A DNA stretch of 63,454 bases, counting the filler. It is 5 parts of 5 records of this genome, joined end to end, with 100 filler letters (N's around TTAATTAATTAA, not from the genome) between each part and the next. Parts side by side here need not be neighbours in the genome. Positions count along the whole stretch, not along the records: positions 38,315 to 53,243 come from SRR20825006_2247; 4 more parts are not named here. One strand, given 5' to 3'. Numbering within the stretch: position 1 is the first letter of the stretch; every line of letters starts with the position of its first letter. Under the pieces are notes generated by a model, which was not told the DNA's origin, ran no database searches, and was given only the letters and a program-made list of their open reading frames with translations. The position numbers and the translations under genes are program-made. This document shows, piece after piece, positions 40,208-51,003 of this stretch.

Positions 40208-41217
40208 TGTAATTGAGATTTATAATCTTTTAAAACAGATTCAAAATATTTGGTGGTTTCAGTTAACGATAAGTCGCTTTTTCCTCCAGCCGCATTATTG
40301 TGTCCGCCTCCTTGAAAATGACTTCTAGAGAATTCATTTACAGAAAAATCGCCTTTAGAACGAAGCGAAATTTTTACGATATCTTCTTGTACACTTTCAA
40401 TAAAAATAACAGCAAATTTTACGCCTTGTAATGAGAGTCCGTAGTTTACAAAACCCTCGGTGTCACCTTTTTTATAATTGTACTGCTGTAATTCCTCTCT
40501 AGAAAGGGTAATGTAAACGGTGTTGTATGCTGGTAATGCTACTAAATTTTTTAAGGCACAACCCAATAAATGTAATTTATCAATGGAATTGCTGTCAAAA
40601 ATAGCATTATGGATGTATGAATTTTCTGCCCCTTTATCTATTAGGTTGGCAATAATTCTGTGCGTATTACTAGTGGTTGATGGAAACCTAAAAGAACCTG
40701 TGTCAGTCATAATTCCAGCGTATAAACAACTAGCTATTTCGGCAGTAATTTTATTGGTGTCTTTAAAAAAATCAATAAAATTATAGACCATCTCACAAGT
40801 ACTACTCATTGAAGTATCAGAATACATAAAACGCGCATAATCGTCGGGGGCTTGATGGTGGTCTATCATAATATAATCCCCCTTAAAACTTTCTAATGCA
40901 TTTGCAACATCGTCAATTCTGCTTAAAGAATTAAAATCTAAAGTAAAAACCAATTCAGCTTCTTTTATTTTTTGAGAAGCCAATTCTGTTTGGTATTCAT
41001 ATTTTATAATATTACTTTCTCCTGGCATCCATTTTAAAAATTCAGGATACTCATTAGGTGCTACAATACTGAGGTCATGCTTGTATTGTGTTAAATAATG
41101 ATAGAGTCCTAAGCAAGACCCAATAGCATCCCCATCTGGGTTTTTATGCGGTATTATCACTATCTTTTTTGGAGTAGATAGGAGTGTTTTTAATTCTTTT
41201 ATTTGCGTTTCTTCCAT
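40204..41217 (-). CDS. DHH/DHHA1 phosphoesterase (NrnA-like nanoRNase/pAp phosphatase)
   Basis: HKNPDGDAIG, IDHH, TDTGSF, SLRS, GGGH..AAG. Confidence 0.93.
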   Translation of the reverse strand: MEETQIKELKTLLSTPKKIVIIPHKNPDGDAIGSCLGLYHYLTQYKHDLSIVAPNEYPEFLKWMPGESNIIKYEYQTELASQKIKEAELVFTLDFNSLSRIDDVANALESFKGDYIMIDHHQAPDDYARFMYSDTSMSSTCEMVYNFIDFFKDTNKITAEIASCLYAGIMTDTGSFRFPSTTSNTHRIIANLIDKGAENSYIHNAIFDSNSIDKLHLLGCALKNLVALPAYNTVYITLSREELQQYNYKKGDTEGFVNYGLSLQGVKFAVIFIESVQEDIVKISLRSKGDFSVNEFSRSHFQGGGHNNAAGGKSDLSLTETTKYFESVLKDYKSQLQ

Positions 41218-41265
41218 GGTCGGCTAATATACAATTTAATAATATAATACTTAAAAAAGGAATAG

Positions 41266-41273
41266 TACATTTG
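41266..41273 (+). promoter_or_regulatory. Bacteroidota -7 promoter element
   Basis: TACATTTG matches TAnnTTTG, upstream of the PhoD-like gene. Confidence 0.6.
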
Positions 41274-41291
41274 TAGTCTTAAACTATATTT

Positions 41292-42320
41292 ATGCGTGTA
41301 ATTTTTGTTGCGTTATGTGTAGCTATTCTTTGCTGCGGATGTAAAACAGCTAAAACATCTATTTATCCCTTGCAAGGAGATGATTTTGTCATTGCTTTTG
41401 GATCTTGTAATAAGCAAGACGAAGAAAACGTATTATGGGATGATGTTTTATTGAATAATCCTGCTGTTTGGATTTGGGGAGGCGATAATATTTATTCAGA
41501 TACTGATGATTTTCGCCAAATGAGAAAAGACTATGAAGAGCAGCGGTATCAAGATGGCTATAAGGCAATTGTAAAGTCAATGGATGTTATTGGTACCTGG
41601 GACGACCACGATTATGGTTTAGGCGATGGTGGTGCCGATTGGGAGATGAAAGAAAAAGCGCAGGAGTTGTTTCTTAATTTTATGAATGTCCCAAAATATG
41701 ATCCAAGGAGAAAACAAGAAGGGGTTTACAGTTCTAAAACATATAAAACAAAGGCTGGAGATGTAAAAGTAATACTTTTAGATACGCGTTATTTTAGATC
41801 TCCACTTACAAAAAATTTAGGAGATAGTGGCAATCGGTATATGCCAAATCCAGCGGGGGTAGGTACAATATTGGGAAACAAACAATGGCAATGGCTTGCT
41901 AACGAACTTACTAATTCTACAGCAGCTTTTAATATTATTGTAAGTAGTATACAGGTGCTCTCTAATAAACATGGATTTGAAGCTTGGGGGAATTTTCCGA
42001 GTGAGGTAGAAAAACTTTTTAAGCTTATAAAAACAAGCAATGCAAAACGAGTTATATTATTATCTGGCGACCGACATATTTCTGAGTTTTCGGAAATTAA
42101 TATAAGCGATTTAGCGTATCCTATAATAGATTTTACTTCTAGCGGACTTACACATACGTATGAAGCTTATTCAGGAGAAGAAAACCCTTACAGAGTAGGC
42201 GAAGTAGTAAAAGTAAAAAGTTTCGGTTTGTTAAAATTGAATATGAAAAATTATCATGTAAAAATGGAGATGAGAGGCGATGGAAATAAGGTTTTAAACC
42301 AATTAGAACAAGGGTATTAG
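41292..42320 (+). CDS. PhoD-like alkaline phosphatase lipoprotein
   Basis: AFGSC, GDNIYSD, WDDHD, LLDTR, SGDRH. Confidence 0.92.
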   Translation: MRVIFVALCVAILCCGCKTAKTSIYPLQGDDFVIAFGSCNKQDEENVLWDDVLLNNPAVWIWGGDNIYSDTDDFRQMRKDYEEQRYQDGYKAIVKSMDVIGTWDDHDYGLGDGGADWEMKEKAQELFLNFMNVPKYDPRRKQEGVYSSKTYKTKAGDVKVILLDTRYFRSPLTKNLGDSGNRYMPNPAGVGTILGNKQWQWLANELTNSTAAFNIIVSSIQVLSNKHGFEAWGNFPSEVEKLFKLIKTSNAKRVILLSGDRHISEFSEINISDLAYPIIDFTSSGLTHTYEAYSGEENPYRVGEVVKVKSFGLLKLNMKNYHVKMEMRGDGNKVLNQLEQGY

Positions 42321-42383
42321 GGAGAATATACGGTTAGAATACGTATTTTGTGTTTCCTATGGGAATAAGTCAAATAAAACCCT

Positions 42384-42391
42384 TACTTTTG
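42384..42391 (+). promoter_or_regulatory. Bacteroidota -7 promoter element
   Basis: TACTTTTG upstream of ndk. Confidence 0.65.
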
Positions 42392-42471
42392 CGGCAAAAT
42401 TAAAAAAGCCCAAAAAGGGCGTTTGTTAATGTGCAATTAACTATAAAATTGCAAAATTTGATTTAAAAGAA

Positions 42472-42891
42472 ATGGCAACAAACAGAACATTTACAATGAT
42501 TAAGCCAGATGCTGTAAAAAACGGACACATCGGGGCTATTCTTGAAAAAATTACTGCTTCAGGGTTTAATATCGTAGCAATGAAGTATACGCAGTTAAGT
42601 AAGCGTGATGCAGAGCAGTTTTACGCAATTCACAGTGAGCGTCCGTTCTTTGGAGAATTAGTAGAATTTATGACTAGCGGTCCAATTGTTGCAGCAATCT
42701 TAGAAAAAGATAATGCTGTGGACGATTTTAGAACCTTAATTGGTGCTACTAATCCAGAAGAAGCTGCAGAAGGAACTATCCGTAAATTATTTGCAACTTC
42801 TATTGGAGAAAATGCAGTTCATGGTTCTGATAGCGATGAAAATGCTGCTATAGAAGGTTCTTTCCACTTTTCTGGAAGAGAGATTTTCTAA
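42472..42891 (+). CDS. ndk: Nucleoside diphosphate kinase
   Basis: [29 protein letters not shown]. Confidence 0.98.
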   Translation: MATNRTFTMIKPDAVKNGHIGAILEKITASGFNIVAMKYTQLSKRDAEQFYAIHSERPFFGELVEFMTSGPIVAAILEKDNAVDDFRTLIGATNPEEAAEGTIRKLFATSIGENAVHGSDSDENAAIEGSFHFSGREIF

Positions 42892-42909
42892 GCAAAAAAG
42901 TATAATTAT

Positions 42910-42949
42910 AAAAAAGCTCCATTTTCTTTTGAAAAATGGAGCTTTTTTT
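42910..42949 (+). terminator. Intrinsic terminator after ndk
   Basis: AAAAAAGCTCCATTTT-loop-AAAATGGAGCTTTTTTT. Confidence 0.88.
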
Positions 42950-43172
42950 GTGATATCAAAACACCATTGTCTAGTAAGAGGAAGTTTACATATTGAAACT
43001 TTATTAATGGCAAAGGTTTGAGAAAAATTTCAGGAATATATCTCTTTTGCTATTAAAAATAGAGATGAAAATGTACTTTAGATGCCATCATTTTATGATA
43101 GTTACAATTTAGTATTTGCTCTTTTTTCTGTAGCGAAGCGGTCTTACGTCTTTATCCAGAGAGATTATTTGC

Positions 43173-43469
43173 TTATCTTAAAACAATACTTTTTACAATT
43201 TCTTTGCCTAATTCGTCATTTAACATCTTTACAATTTTTTCCTTTCCATAGCTTAATTCTTGGCGTAACACAGAGGAGGATAAAGAGACATAGAGCGTGT
43301 CTTGCTTTAATTGCACTTGTGTGGTGTAGTTGTTTACGCCGTTTCCCATAAGGTTTTGCCAAGCGTTTCGAACGTCCACTTTATCCATGCCTGTCTCTAA
43401 TTTGTTTTCATTTACAAATTCTTTCAGTGCATCACTTAATGAAATATATTCGTTTCGTCTTTTGGCCAT
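43173..43469 (-). CDS. DUF721/DciA-like protein
   Basis: AWQNLMG..LYVSLSSSVLRQEL; downstream of recF. Confidence 0.85.
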   Translation of the reverse strand: MAKRRNEYISLSDALKEFVNENKLETGMDKVDVRNAWQNLMGNGVNNYTTQVQLKQDTLYVSLSSSVLRQELSYGKEKIVKMLNDELGKEIVKSIVLR

Positions 43470-43882
43470 TATTTTAAAGAGAATTTTTCAAAACGTTTGT
43501 AATAATAAGTTTTGTCTTGACTGTTTACGATACCAAATCTATCTTTGGTAAGTAAGATTATTTTTTCTTTTCGGACATTTCCATCGTTATTGTACTCAAT
43601 GTAGAGTCCGTCGTTTTCTTTTTTTATACTGAAGTTTTCAAACTCTTTCATGTTAAGAAACCTTCCGTCTAATCGAGGCATTACTTTTTCTTTTGTTCCA
43701 GTAGAATCTTTTAATTGCCAATAGTCAATCACAGTATTTACTTTGTAATCTTTATTTTCTCCGGAAGGGAATGTAACTTTTTCAATTTCCCAATAGCCAT
43801 TAAGAAGCGAGATGTCTTCGATTTGCGTTTTGTTGCAGCTTAAAAATATACTGCAAAGAATGATAAGAACTCTAATTTTCAA
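43469..43882 (-). CDS. Lipocalin-like lipoprotein
   Basis: Lipobox FLSC, LNGYWEI (GxW) motif; TTG start. Confidence 0.7.
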   Translation of the reverse strand: MKIRVLIILCSIFLSCNKTQIEDISLLNGYWEIEKVTFPSGENKDYKVNTVIDYWQLKDSTGTKEKVMPRLDGRFLNMKEFENFSIKKENDGLYIEYNNDGNVRKEKIILLTKDRFGIVNSQDKTYYYKRFEKFSLK

Positions 43883-43950
43883 AGCTAAGTTTTTTGGAAA
43901 AACAAAGGTAGCTAAAAGTTGTTGGCTAAGTGAAATTTGAAAGGATAGAT

Positions 43951-43993
43951 TTTTTAAATGTAAATTAGCGAATTAGCGATTTTTTAAATCAAC
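43951..43993 (+). repeat. 43-bp imperfect direct repeat, copy 1
   Basis: 38/43 identical to 44224-44266. Confidence 0.8.
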
Positions 43994-44061
43994 ACATTTT
44001 CAAATCATTAAAAAGCTTTTATATAAGGATATTTTTATATTTAGCTAACCAAAATTAAACA

Positions 44062-44223
44062 ATGAACAAAATAAGAATCATAGGACTGGCAATATTAGTA
44101 ATCGGAATCTTAGTTCAATATATTGCAGATCAAGAGGGGACAGATTTTATATCGGGGATTTTAATAGGAGTAGGAGCTGGGTTATTGATAGCTGGAAATT
44201 TAAAAAGGAAATCTAGAGAATAA
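44062..44223 (+). CDS. 53-aa two-helix membrane protein, absent from ORF track
   Basis: MNKIRIIGLAILVIGILVQYIADQEGTDFISGILIGVGAGLLIAGNLKRKSRE; A-rich leader typical of Bacteroidota. Confidence 0.75.
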   Translation: MNKIRIIGLAILVIGILVQYIADQEGTDFISGILIGVGAGLLIAGNLKRKSRE

Positions 44224-44266
44224 TTTTTTAATGTAAATTATCAAATTAGCGAATTTTCAAATCAAC
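44224..44266 (+). repeat. 43-bp imperfect direct repeat, copy 2
   Basis: 38/43 identical to 43951-43993. Confidence 0.8.
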
Positions 44267-44277
44267 CAAAAACTTTT

Positions 44278-45360
44278 CTATTTTAAAACAATCATTTTAT
44301 AAGACTGATGTGTTTGTTTAACAACATTTTCGGTTCTTTCGGCATGGGTATCACTTATAAATATTTGTCCGAATTCGTCTTGATTTACTAGGGTTATAAT
44401 CTGACTCACACGATTTTCATCAAGTTTGTCAAAAATATCGTCCAAAAGCAAAATAGGAGTGTGTCCAGCTTGTGCTTTAATAAAGTCAAATTGCGCAAGC
44501 TTTAAAGCAATTAAAAACGATTTTTGTTGCCCTTGACTTCCAAATTTCTTGATAGGGAAATCTCCTATTTCAAAACTTAAATCGTCTTTGTGGATTCCTA
44601 CAGAAGTATATTGTAAAGCTTTATCTTTATTCAAATTTTCTTTAAAAAGGGTGTTGAGGTCTTTTTCTGTTAACCGACTTTGGTAGCTTAAATTAATTGC
44701 TTCTTTTCCACCAGAGATAGAGGCATAACGCTCTTTAAAAATAGGAATAAAAATGTCTAGAAAATCTTTGCGTGCTTCATGGATTTTATGCCCGTAATCG
44801 TGTAATTGGTCGTTGTAGACTTCAAGAGTATCAGCATTAAAAGTATTGTTGAGTGCAAAATATTTTAAAAGCGAATTACGTTGCGCTAAAACTTTATTGT
44901 AGTTTATTAGATTTTGTAAATAGGATTTATTGCTTTGAGAGATAACACTATCTATAAATTTTCGGCGTGTTTCACTTCCTTCAATAATAAGGTCTCTATC
45001 TGCAGGAGAAATAATTACAAGCGGAATAAAACCAATGTGTTCGGATAATTTGTCGTAAATTTTTCCGTTGCGTTTTATAATTTTTTTCTGCCCTTTTTTT
45101 AAACTACAAATAATTCTTTCTTCTTTTTCATCTCTTAAAAATTCCCCATCAATTACAAAAAAACTCTCCTCGTGTTTAATGTTTTGAGAGGCAATTGGAT
45201 TGAAATAGCTTTTTCCGAAGGAAAGTAAATAAATAGCATCTAGCGCATTTGTTTTTCCAATACCATTTTGACCTACAAAACAGTTTATTTTAGCATCAAA
45301 TTCAAAACTTTGCGAATCGAAATTTTTAAAATTTATAAGCGATAATTTTTGTAATTGCAT
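44278..45360 (-). CDS. recF: DNA replication/repair protein RecF
   Basis: [40 protein letters not shown]. Confidence 0.97.
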   Translation of the reverse strand: MQLQKLSLINFKNFDSQSFEFDAKINCFVGQNGIGKTNALDAIYLLSFGKSYFNPIASQNIKHEESFFVIDGEFLRDEKEERIICSLKKGQKKIIKRNGKIYDKLSEHIGFIPLVIISPADRDLIIEGSETRRKFIDSVISQSNKSYLQNLINYNKVLAQRNSLLKYFALNNTFNADTLEVYNDQLHDYGHKIHEARKDFLDIFIPIFKERYASISGGKEAINLSYQSRLTEKDLNTLFKENLNKDKALQYTSVGIHKDDLSFEIGDFPIKKFGSQGQQKSFLIALKLAQFDFIKAQAGHTPILLLDDIFDKLDENRVSQIITLVNQDEFGQIFISDTHAERTENVVKQTHQSYKMIVLK

Positions 45361-45566
45361 TTGTAGGATTCTACGGAATTATTTTTTCAGTTAAAAATAA
45401 ATAGTAATGTTATAACATAGCTAAATTAATAGACTAATGGCGTTATTGGCAAATATAAAACGACGAAATTAGTAAAATAAAAAAGACAGATAAAAAATAA
45501 TAAAATAAATTCCCTTTCCTATTTGAATAAAAATTTTATTTTTGCGAGGCTTAATAAAATATAGAT

Positions 45567-46346
45567 ATGGCAACGTATAAGAAAAGAGGCTATAAGAAAC
45601 CAACGAAAAAGGAAGGAGATCTTTTGGAGAACGAGGTGTACGATGGTGAAAGTACTACAGAAGAAGTATTTAATACATTAAACGAAAGTGCTAGCAAAAC
45701 AGAAGAGTGGGTTGCAAGTAACCAAAAGTTTATATTAGGTGGAATAGGAGTTGTAGTACTTTTAGTGCTTGGGTTCTTGGGATACCAACAGTTTATTTTA
45801 AAACCTAAAGAGGCTGAGGCTTCTAATGAAATGTTTTTTGCGCAACAATATTTTGATGAGGCTGTAAATAGCACTGCAAAAGATTCGTTGTACGGATTAG
45901 CATTGAATGGAGCAGATGGAAAATATGGTTTAATCGACATTATCGATAATTACGGGGGTACAAAGGCTGCTAATCTTGCGCATTATAGTGCTGGAATGGC
46001 ATTTTTAAATACTCAAAAGTATGATGAAGCAATTAAATATCTTCAAGATTTTAAATCTGATGATCCAATTTTAAGTGCTTTGGCAAAAGGAGGAATTGGA
46101 GATGCATTTGTGCAATTAGGACAAGAGCAAGACGGTTTGGAGTATTATGAAAAAGCAATTGCTACCTCTGAAAATGCTTTTACAACCCCTAAATTTTTAT
46201 TTAAAGCGGGTGTAATTTCTTTACAGGCTGGAGATGCAGCTAAAGCATTAAAATATTTCAATAGAGTAAAAAATGAATATAGCGATTCTGAAGAAGGAAG
46301 AACTATAGATATTTATATTGGAAAAGCAGAAACGCTTAAAAAGTAA
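45567..46346 (+). CDS. Membrane-anchored TPR protein
   Basis: MATYKKRG start, single TM helix, TPR-like helices; TATTTTTG -7 element at 45537-45544. Confidence 0.85.
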   Translation: MATYKKRGYKKPTKKEGDLLENEVYDGESTTEEVFNTLNESASKTEEWVASNQKFILGGIGVVVLLVLGFLGYQQFILKPKEAEASNEMFFAQQYFDEAVNSTAKDSLYGLALNGADGKYGLIDIIDNYGGTKAANLAHYSAGMAFLNTQKYDEAIKYLQDFKSDDPILSALAKGGIGDAFVQLGQEQDGLEYYEKAIATSENAFTTPKFLFKAGVISLQAGDAAKALKYFNRVKNEYSDSEEGRTIDIYIGKAETLKK

Positions 46347-46408
46347 TTGGTTGGTTGTTCTTTTATTAATGTAAATTGATATTGAATGATTAACTTAGCG
46401 TAAAAAGT

Positions 46409-46891
46409 ATGGCTACAGAAAATAAAAATTTATCAGTATACGATAAAGCTACAATCCCAAATGCGAAAGATTTTCGATTTGGGATTGTTGTTTCAGAATG
46501 GAATTCAGAAATAACAGAAGGACTATGTCAAGGAGCTATGGATGCTTTATTGGATTGTGGGGCTGTTGTAGAAAATATCATTCGTTGGGATGTTCCAGGA
46601 AGTTTTGAGCTTACATATGGAACAAAGAAAATGATTAAAAAACATGAGCCAGATGCTATTATAGCTATTGGAAGTGTTATTCAAGGGGAGACTAAGCACT
46701 TTGACTTTGTTTGTGGAGCTACCGCAGAAGGGATAAAAGATCTTAATGTTAAATATGATACCCCAGTTATTTTTTGCGTCTTAACCGATAATACCATGCA
46801 ACAAGCCATTGATAGGAGTGGAGGAAAGCATGGAAATAAGGGTACAGAGGCTGCTATTGCTGCTATAAAAATGGCTGCTTTAGGAAATTAA
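46409..46891 (+). CDS. ribH: 6,7-dimethyl-8-ribityllumazine synthase
   Basis: GIVVSEWN, VPGSFEL, VIQGETKHFDFV, GNKG. Confidence 0.97.
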   Translation: MATENKNLSVYDKATIPNAKDFRFGIVVSEWNSEITEGLCQGAMDALLDCGAVVENIIRWDVPGSFELTYGTKKMIKKHEPDAIIAIGSVIQGETKHFDFVCGATAEGIKDLNVKYDTPVIFCVLTDNTMQQAIDRSGGKHGNKGTEAAIAAIKMAALGN

Positions 46892-47132
46892 TATCTTCTA
46901 GTTTCTAGGATTCCGTAATAGAATAATTATATTTTATTAGAGAGTCCTTAGTAATAATTTAGTTAGCATAAATAACTATTTTTCTTAACAACTTTTAGGA
47001 TTTATAGGTGGTAAGTCTATTCCTTTTTGAGTAATTTTGATATTTATCGCAATAAATTTATATTGTTGATTGAAGAATTTTATTTTTCAGTCAGATAAAC
47101 ATTTACATTAAATTTTAAAAAACCATAAAGCT

Positions 47133-47426
47133 GTGAGACTTCCTTCACTTTTTAAGACAAGCGCCAATAAGTCGTATAACTATACGCCAAGGTATTATGA
47201 TGAAAGAAAAGAGCGTTTAGAAGAGCTTAAAAAGAGCAAAGAGAAACGTTCTGATGAGGAGTATTTTAAGGGGTATAGGAGAAAAGCATACCGAGATGAT
47301 TGGAAAACGGTACGTTCTACTTCTTCTAGTATGAACTCACGAATTCGTTTTATAGTTATTTTAATTTTCTTACTAATGTTTGCAATGGTAGCGGTACGAT
47401 ATATTAATTTAGATAAACTTATTTAA
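47133..47426 (+). CDS. Conserved hypothetical protein with C-terminal TM helix
   Basis: NKSYNYTPRYY motif, C-terminal hydrophobic stretch, 1-nt overlap with mutL. Confidence 0.75.
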   Translation: MRLPSLFKTSANKSYNYTPRYYDERKERLEELKKSKEKRSDEEYFKGYRRKAYRDDWKTVRSTSSSMNSRIRFIVILIFLLMFAMVAVRYINLDKLI

Positions 47427-49261
47427 TGGCAGATATTATTCAGCTTTTACCAGACCATGTTGCAAATCAAATTGCAGCGGGGGAAGTGGTACAAAGACCC
47501 GCTTCTGTTGTTAAAGAACTTATAGAAAATGCAGTTGATGCAGGGAGCACTTCTATTAAACTAATTATTAAAGACGCTGGGAAAACACTTATTCAAGTAG
47601 TAGATAATGGTAAGGGAATGAGTGTTACCGATGCCAGAATGTCTTTTGAGCGCCATGCAACTTCTAAAATTAAAGCAGCAGAAGATTTATTTCAATTACA
47701 TACAAAAGGGTTTCGTGGAGAAGCATTGGCTTCTATTGCGGCAATTGCTCATGTAGAAATGAATACCTGCCAGGAAGGAGATGAGGTTGGAACACAACTT
47801 AAAATTGAAGGAAGTAAAATTGTAGATCAAGGAGTTACAGTAACTCCAAAAGGGACTTCTTTACTGGTTAAAAATTTGTTTTTTAATATTCCTGCACGTA
47901 GGAATTTTTTAAAATCGGATACTGTAGAGCTTCGCCATATTATAGATGAATTTCAGAGGGTGGCTTTGGCGCATCCCACTATTCAGTTTGATTTTTATAA
48001 TAATGGGAGTGAGCTTTTTAACCTTCCAGCATCCAATTTGCGACAACGAATTGTGCATATTTTTGGAGGGAAAACAAATGAAAAATTAGTTCCTGTAGAA
48101 GAAGATACAGAGGTTGTAAATCTGAGTGGGTTTATTTGTAAACCTGAATTTGCAAAGAAAACACGGGGGGAGCAATTCTTTTTTGTGAATAATAGATTTG
48201 TTAAAAATTCATATTTACATCATGCGGTTTGTTCCGCTTTTGAAGGACTTATGAAAGAGCAAACCCACCCTAGCTATTTTTTATTTTTAGAGGTAGATCC
48301 TTCTGGGATTGATATCAATATTCATCCAACAAAAACAGAAGTTAAGTTTGACGATGAGCATGCTCTTTACGCTATTTTAAGGGCTTCTGTTAAGCATAGT
48401 TTAGGACAATTTAATGTGGCTCCAGTGCTTGATTTTGAGCGAGATGCCAATTTGGATACGCCTTATAATTACAAAAGTAAAAATGCAGACTTTCCAACGG
48501 TAGAGGTAGATGCAAATTTTAATCCGTTTGAAAAAGAAAGCAAAGGAGGGATTTCTGTTGGATATCAGAAAAGAGAGAAACCGCAGGCTAGTTGGGAGAA
48601 TTTGTATGTAGGTCTAGAGCGAAAATCAGATTTTAGTTCTATTGAGTTAGAGTCAGAAGAAGTTACCGGTTCTTTGTTTAATAATGAAAATGAAGAGTTA
48701 GCTGCAACTACGTATCAGTTGCATAAAAAATATATTGTTACTACTATAAAATCGGGAATGGTTATTATAAACCAACACCGAGCACATCAACGTGTGTTGT
48801 ATGAGCAATATTTAAAAAATATTACGGTTGATAAAGGGGTGAGTCAGCAATTGTTATTTCCTTTAATTTTGAGTTTTTCGAAAACTGAAATAGCATTATT
48901 GAAAGAATTAAAAGACAGTTTAGAAAATACAGGATTTTTATTTTCTAATTTTAAGGAAGATGAAGTGGAGGTAAGTGGAATTCCTTTAAATATTTCTGAA
49001 AGTGAAGTAGCAATTATAGTAGACCAATTGTTATCAGATTTTCAGTCGGAAGTGCCAGAGAGTTCATTGTCTCAAGCGGATATTTTAGCAAAGGCTATGT
49101 GTAAAACATTAGCAGTAAAAAGTGGAGAATTATTAAATATAACATCTCAAGAAGCGTTAGTAAATAATCTTTTTGCAACCAAAGAGCCAACAGTGTCCCC
49201 ATTTAATAAGCCTACATATATTACAATGACCGTTGAAGAAATAGATAAACGATTTTTATAA
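47426..49261 (+). CDS. mutL: DNA mismatch repair protein MutL
   Basis: NQIAAGEVVQRPASVVKEL, GFRGEALAS, DINIHPTK, QHRAHQRVLYE. Confidence 0.98.
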   Translation: MADIIQLLPDHVANQIAAGEVVQRPASVVKELIENAVDAGSTSIKLIIKDAGKTLIQVVDNGKGMSVTDARMSFERHATSKIKAAEDLFQLHTKGFRGEALASIAAIAHVEMNTCQEGDEVGTQLKIEGSKIVDQGVTVTPKGTSLLVKNLFFNIPARRNFLKSDTVELRHIIDEFQRVALAHPTIQFDFYNNGSELFNLPASNLRQRIVHIFGGKTNEKLVPVEEDTEVVNLSGFICKPEFAKKTRGEQFFFVNNRFVKNSYLHHAVCSAFEGLMKEQTHPSYFLFLEVDPSGIDINIHPTKTEVKFDDEHALYAILRASVKHSLGQFNVAPVLDFERDANLDTPYNYKSKNADFPTVEVDANFNPFEKESKGGISVGYQKREKPQASWENLYVGLERKSDFSSIELESEEVTGSLFNNENEELAATTYQLHKKYIVTTIKSGMVIINQHRAHQRVLYEQYLKNITVDKGVSQQLLFPLILSFSKTEIALLKELKDSLENTGFLFSNFKEDEVEVSGIPLNISESEVAIIVDQLLSDFQSEVPESSLSQADILAKAMCKTLAVKSGELLNITSQEALVNNLFATKEPTVSPFNKPTYITMTVEEIDKRFL

Positions 49262-49277
49262 AATTAAATTCCAAGTA

Positions 49278-50021
49278 ATGGGAAGAATTACCGATGCAGT
49301 AAAGCATTTATTAATTATTAATGTGTTGTTTTTTATTGCAACACAGCTTATGGGGCAGCAGATGTACGATTTGTTTTCACTGTGGTTTCCTAAAAATGAA
49401 CATTTTCAACTCTGGCAGGTTGTTACTCACATGTTTATGCATGGAGGTTTTATGCATATTTTGTTTAATATGTATGCTTTATGGGCTTTTGGAACTCCTT
49501 TGGAGCAAATGTGGGGTAAAGGAAAATTCTTTTTCTTTTACTTTTCTGCAGGTTTAGGAGCCGCTTTAATACATACACTTGTAAACTATTATTATTTTAA
49601 TGAAGGGATGCAAGCGTTGGTTGAGCAAGGTTATAATCAAGCAGAAATATTGAACATTCTTAGTCAAGGAAAGTACGACACTTCTTGGGCTAATGTGATA
49701 TCTGAAAGTACCCTCCAAAATTTTATAGGTTCTTATATGACGCCTGCTGTAGGAGCGTCTGGAGCCATTTATGGAGTTTTAGTAGCTTTTGGAATGATGT
49801 TTCCTAATGCAGAATTGATGCTGATATTTTTACCTATTCCTATAAAAGCAAAGTATTTTATTCCAGTAATTATTGCCTTAGATTTATTTTCTGGGGTAAC
49901 AGGATATTCTATTTTTGGACAAGGAATAGCACATTTTGCGCATTTAGGAGGTGCCTTGTTTGGTTTTATAATGATGTGGTACTGGAAACGAAATCAATTT
50001 AACGGAAATCGTTGGAATTGA
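49278..50021 (+). CDS. Rhomboid intramembrane serine protease
   Basis: HILFNM, GASG, AHFAHLGG. Confidence 0.95.
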   Translation: MGRITDAVKHLLIINVLFFIATQLMGQQMYDLFSLWFPKNEHFQLWQVVTHMFMHGGFMHILFNMYALWAFGTPLEQMWGKGKFFFFYFSAGLGAALIHTLVNYYYFNEGMQALVEQGYNQAEILNILSQGKYDTSWANVISESTLQNFIGSYMTPAVGASGAIYGVLVAFGMMFPNAELMLIFLPIPIKAKYFIPVIIALDLFSGVTGYSIFGQGIAHFAHLGGALFGFIMMWYWKRNQFNGNRWN

Positions 50022-50111
50022 TTTTTATTAGATAGAGATAAAATATAGAATTACAACATGCCAAACCTTTTAATAATGGGGTTATAGTATTTTACAGAAA
50101 TAAAATAGCGA

Positions 50112-50975
50112 ATGAGTATTACAAACGATATTAAATATAAATTTTCAACATTAAATATAGCAGAAAAGCTCATTGTTGTAAATGTTGCTATATTCATTTT
50201 AAATGCATTGATAGTTTTTTTGCTACAACTAATGCCAGATGCTATAATGCAATGGTTTCAGTTGCCAAAAAGCTTTTTAGACTTTATTGTACAGCCTTGG
50301 TCTATTGTTACCTACGCATTTTTTCACGGAGGCTTTATGCATCTTTTTTGGAATATGTTGTTGTTATATTTTTCATCAAGAATATTTTTAAACCTTTTTA
50401 GTAAGAGATATTTTTTAAATGTTTATTTCTTAGGAGCTGTTTTAGGCGGTGCTTTTTTCTTACTTAGCTATAATATATTTCCTGTTTTCTCGAGAGTAAA
50501 TTCTCCTTTAATTGGAGCTTCTGCTGCTATTATGGCAATTCTTATTTTTGTTTGTACCTACATTCCGAATCAAGAAGTAAGATTAATTTTCTTCAATATT
50601 AAACTTTGGTATTTAGGAGTTGCTTTTGTGTTGTTGGATTTAGTACAGTTACCACTAGGAAATTCTGGCGGCCATATTGCGCATTTAGGAGGAGCTTTGT
50701 TGGGGTATGTGTATGCTAAAAAGCTTCAAGAAGGGAAAGATATAGGTTCGGGAGTTGATGGTTTTGTTTCGTCTATTTCTAATATTTTTAAAAGGAAAAA
50801 AAAATCTCCCTTAAAAACGGTTCATAAAGATACAAAACGGGCATCTGCTAATAAAGCTTCAAAAAATGAGCATCAGAAAAAAATAGATGCTATCTTAGAT
50901 AAAATAAGTAAAAGTGGCTACGAGAGTTTGTCCAAAGAAGAAAAGGATTTTTTATTTAAAGCAGGCAAAGAATAA
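50112..50975 (+). CDS. Rhomboid intramembrane serine protease with C-terminal soluble extension
   Basis: HLFWNM, GASA, HIAHLGG, IDAILDKISKSGYESL. Confidence 0.93.
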   Translation: MSITNDIKYKFSTLNIAEKLIVVNVAIFILNALIVFLLQLMPDAIMQWFQLPKSFLDFIVQPWSIVTYAFFHGGFMHLFWNMLLLYFSSRIFLNLFSKRYFLNVYFLGAVLGGAFFLLSYNIFPVFSRVNSPLIGASAAIMAILIFVCTYIPNQEVRLIFFNIKLWYLGVAFVLLDLVQLPLGNSGGHIAHLGGALLGYVYAKKLQEGKDIGSGVDGFVSSISNIFKRKKKSPLKTVHKDTKRASANKASKNEHQKKIDAILDKISKSGYESLSKEEKDFLFKAGKE

Positions 50976-51003
50976 AAGGGACTTCATATAAATTATATTA
51001 AAC

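Noticed and set aside
44278-45360. RecF as a second SMC-type defence ATPase
   Set aside because: Canonical RecF motifs and length in a housekeeping context, on a contig from a different organism.
49278-50975. Tandem rhomboid proteases after mutL; also the cyclophilin-FKBP fusion at 38485-39600
   Set aside because: Arrangements I recall as common in Bacteroidota, not novel.
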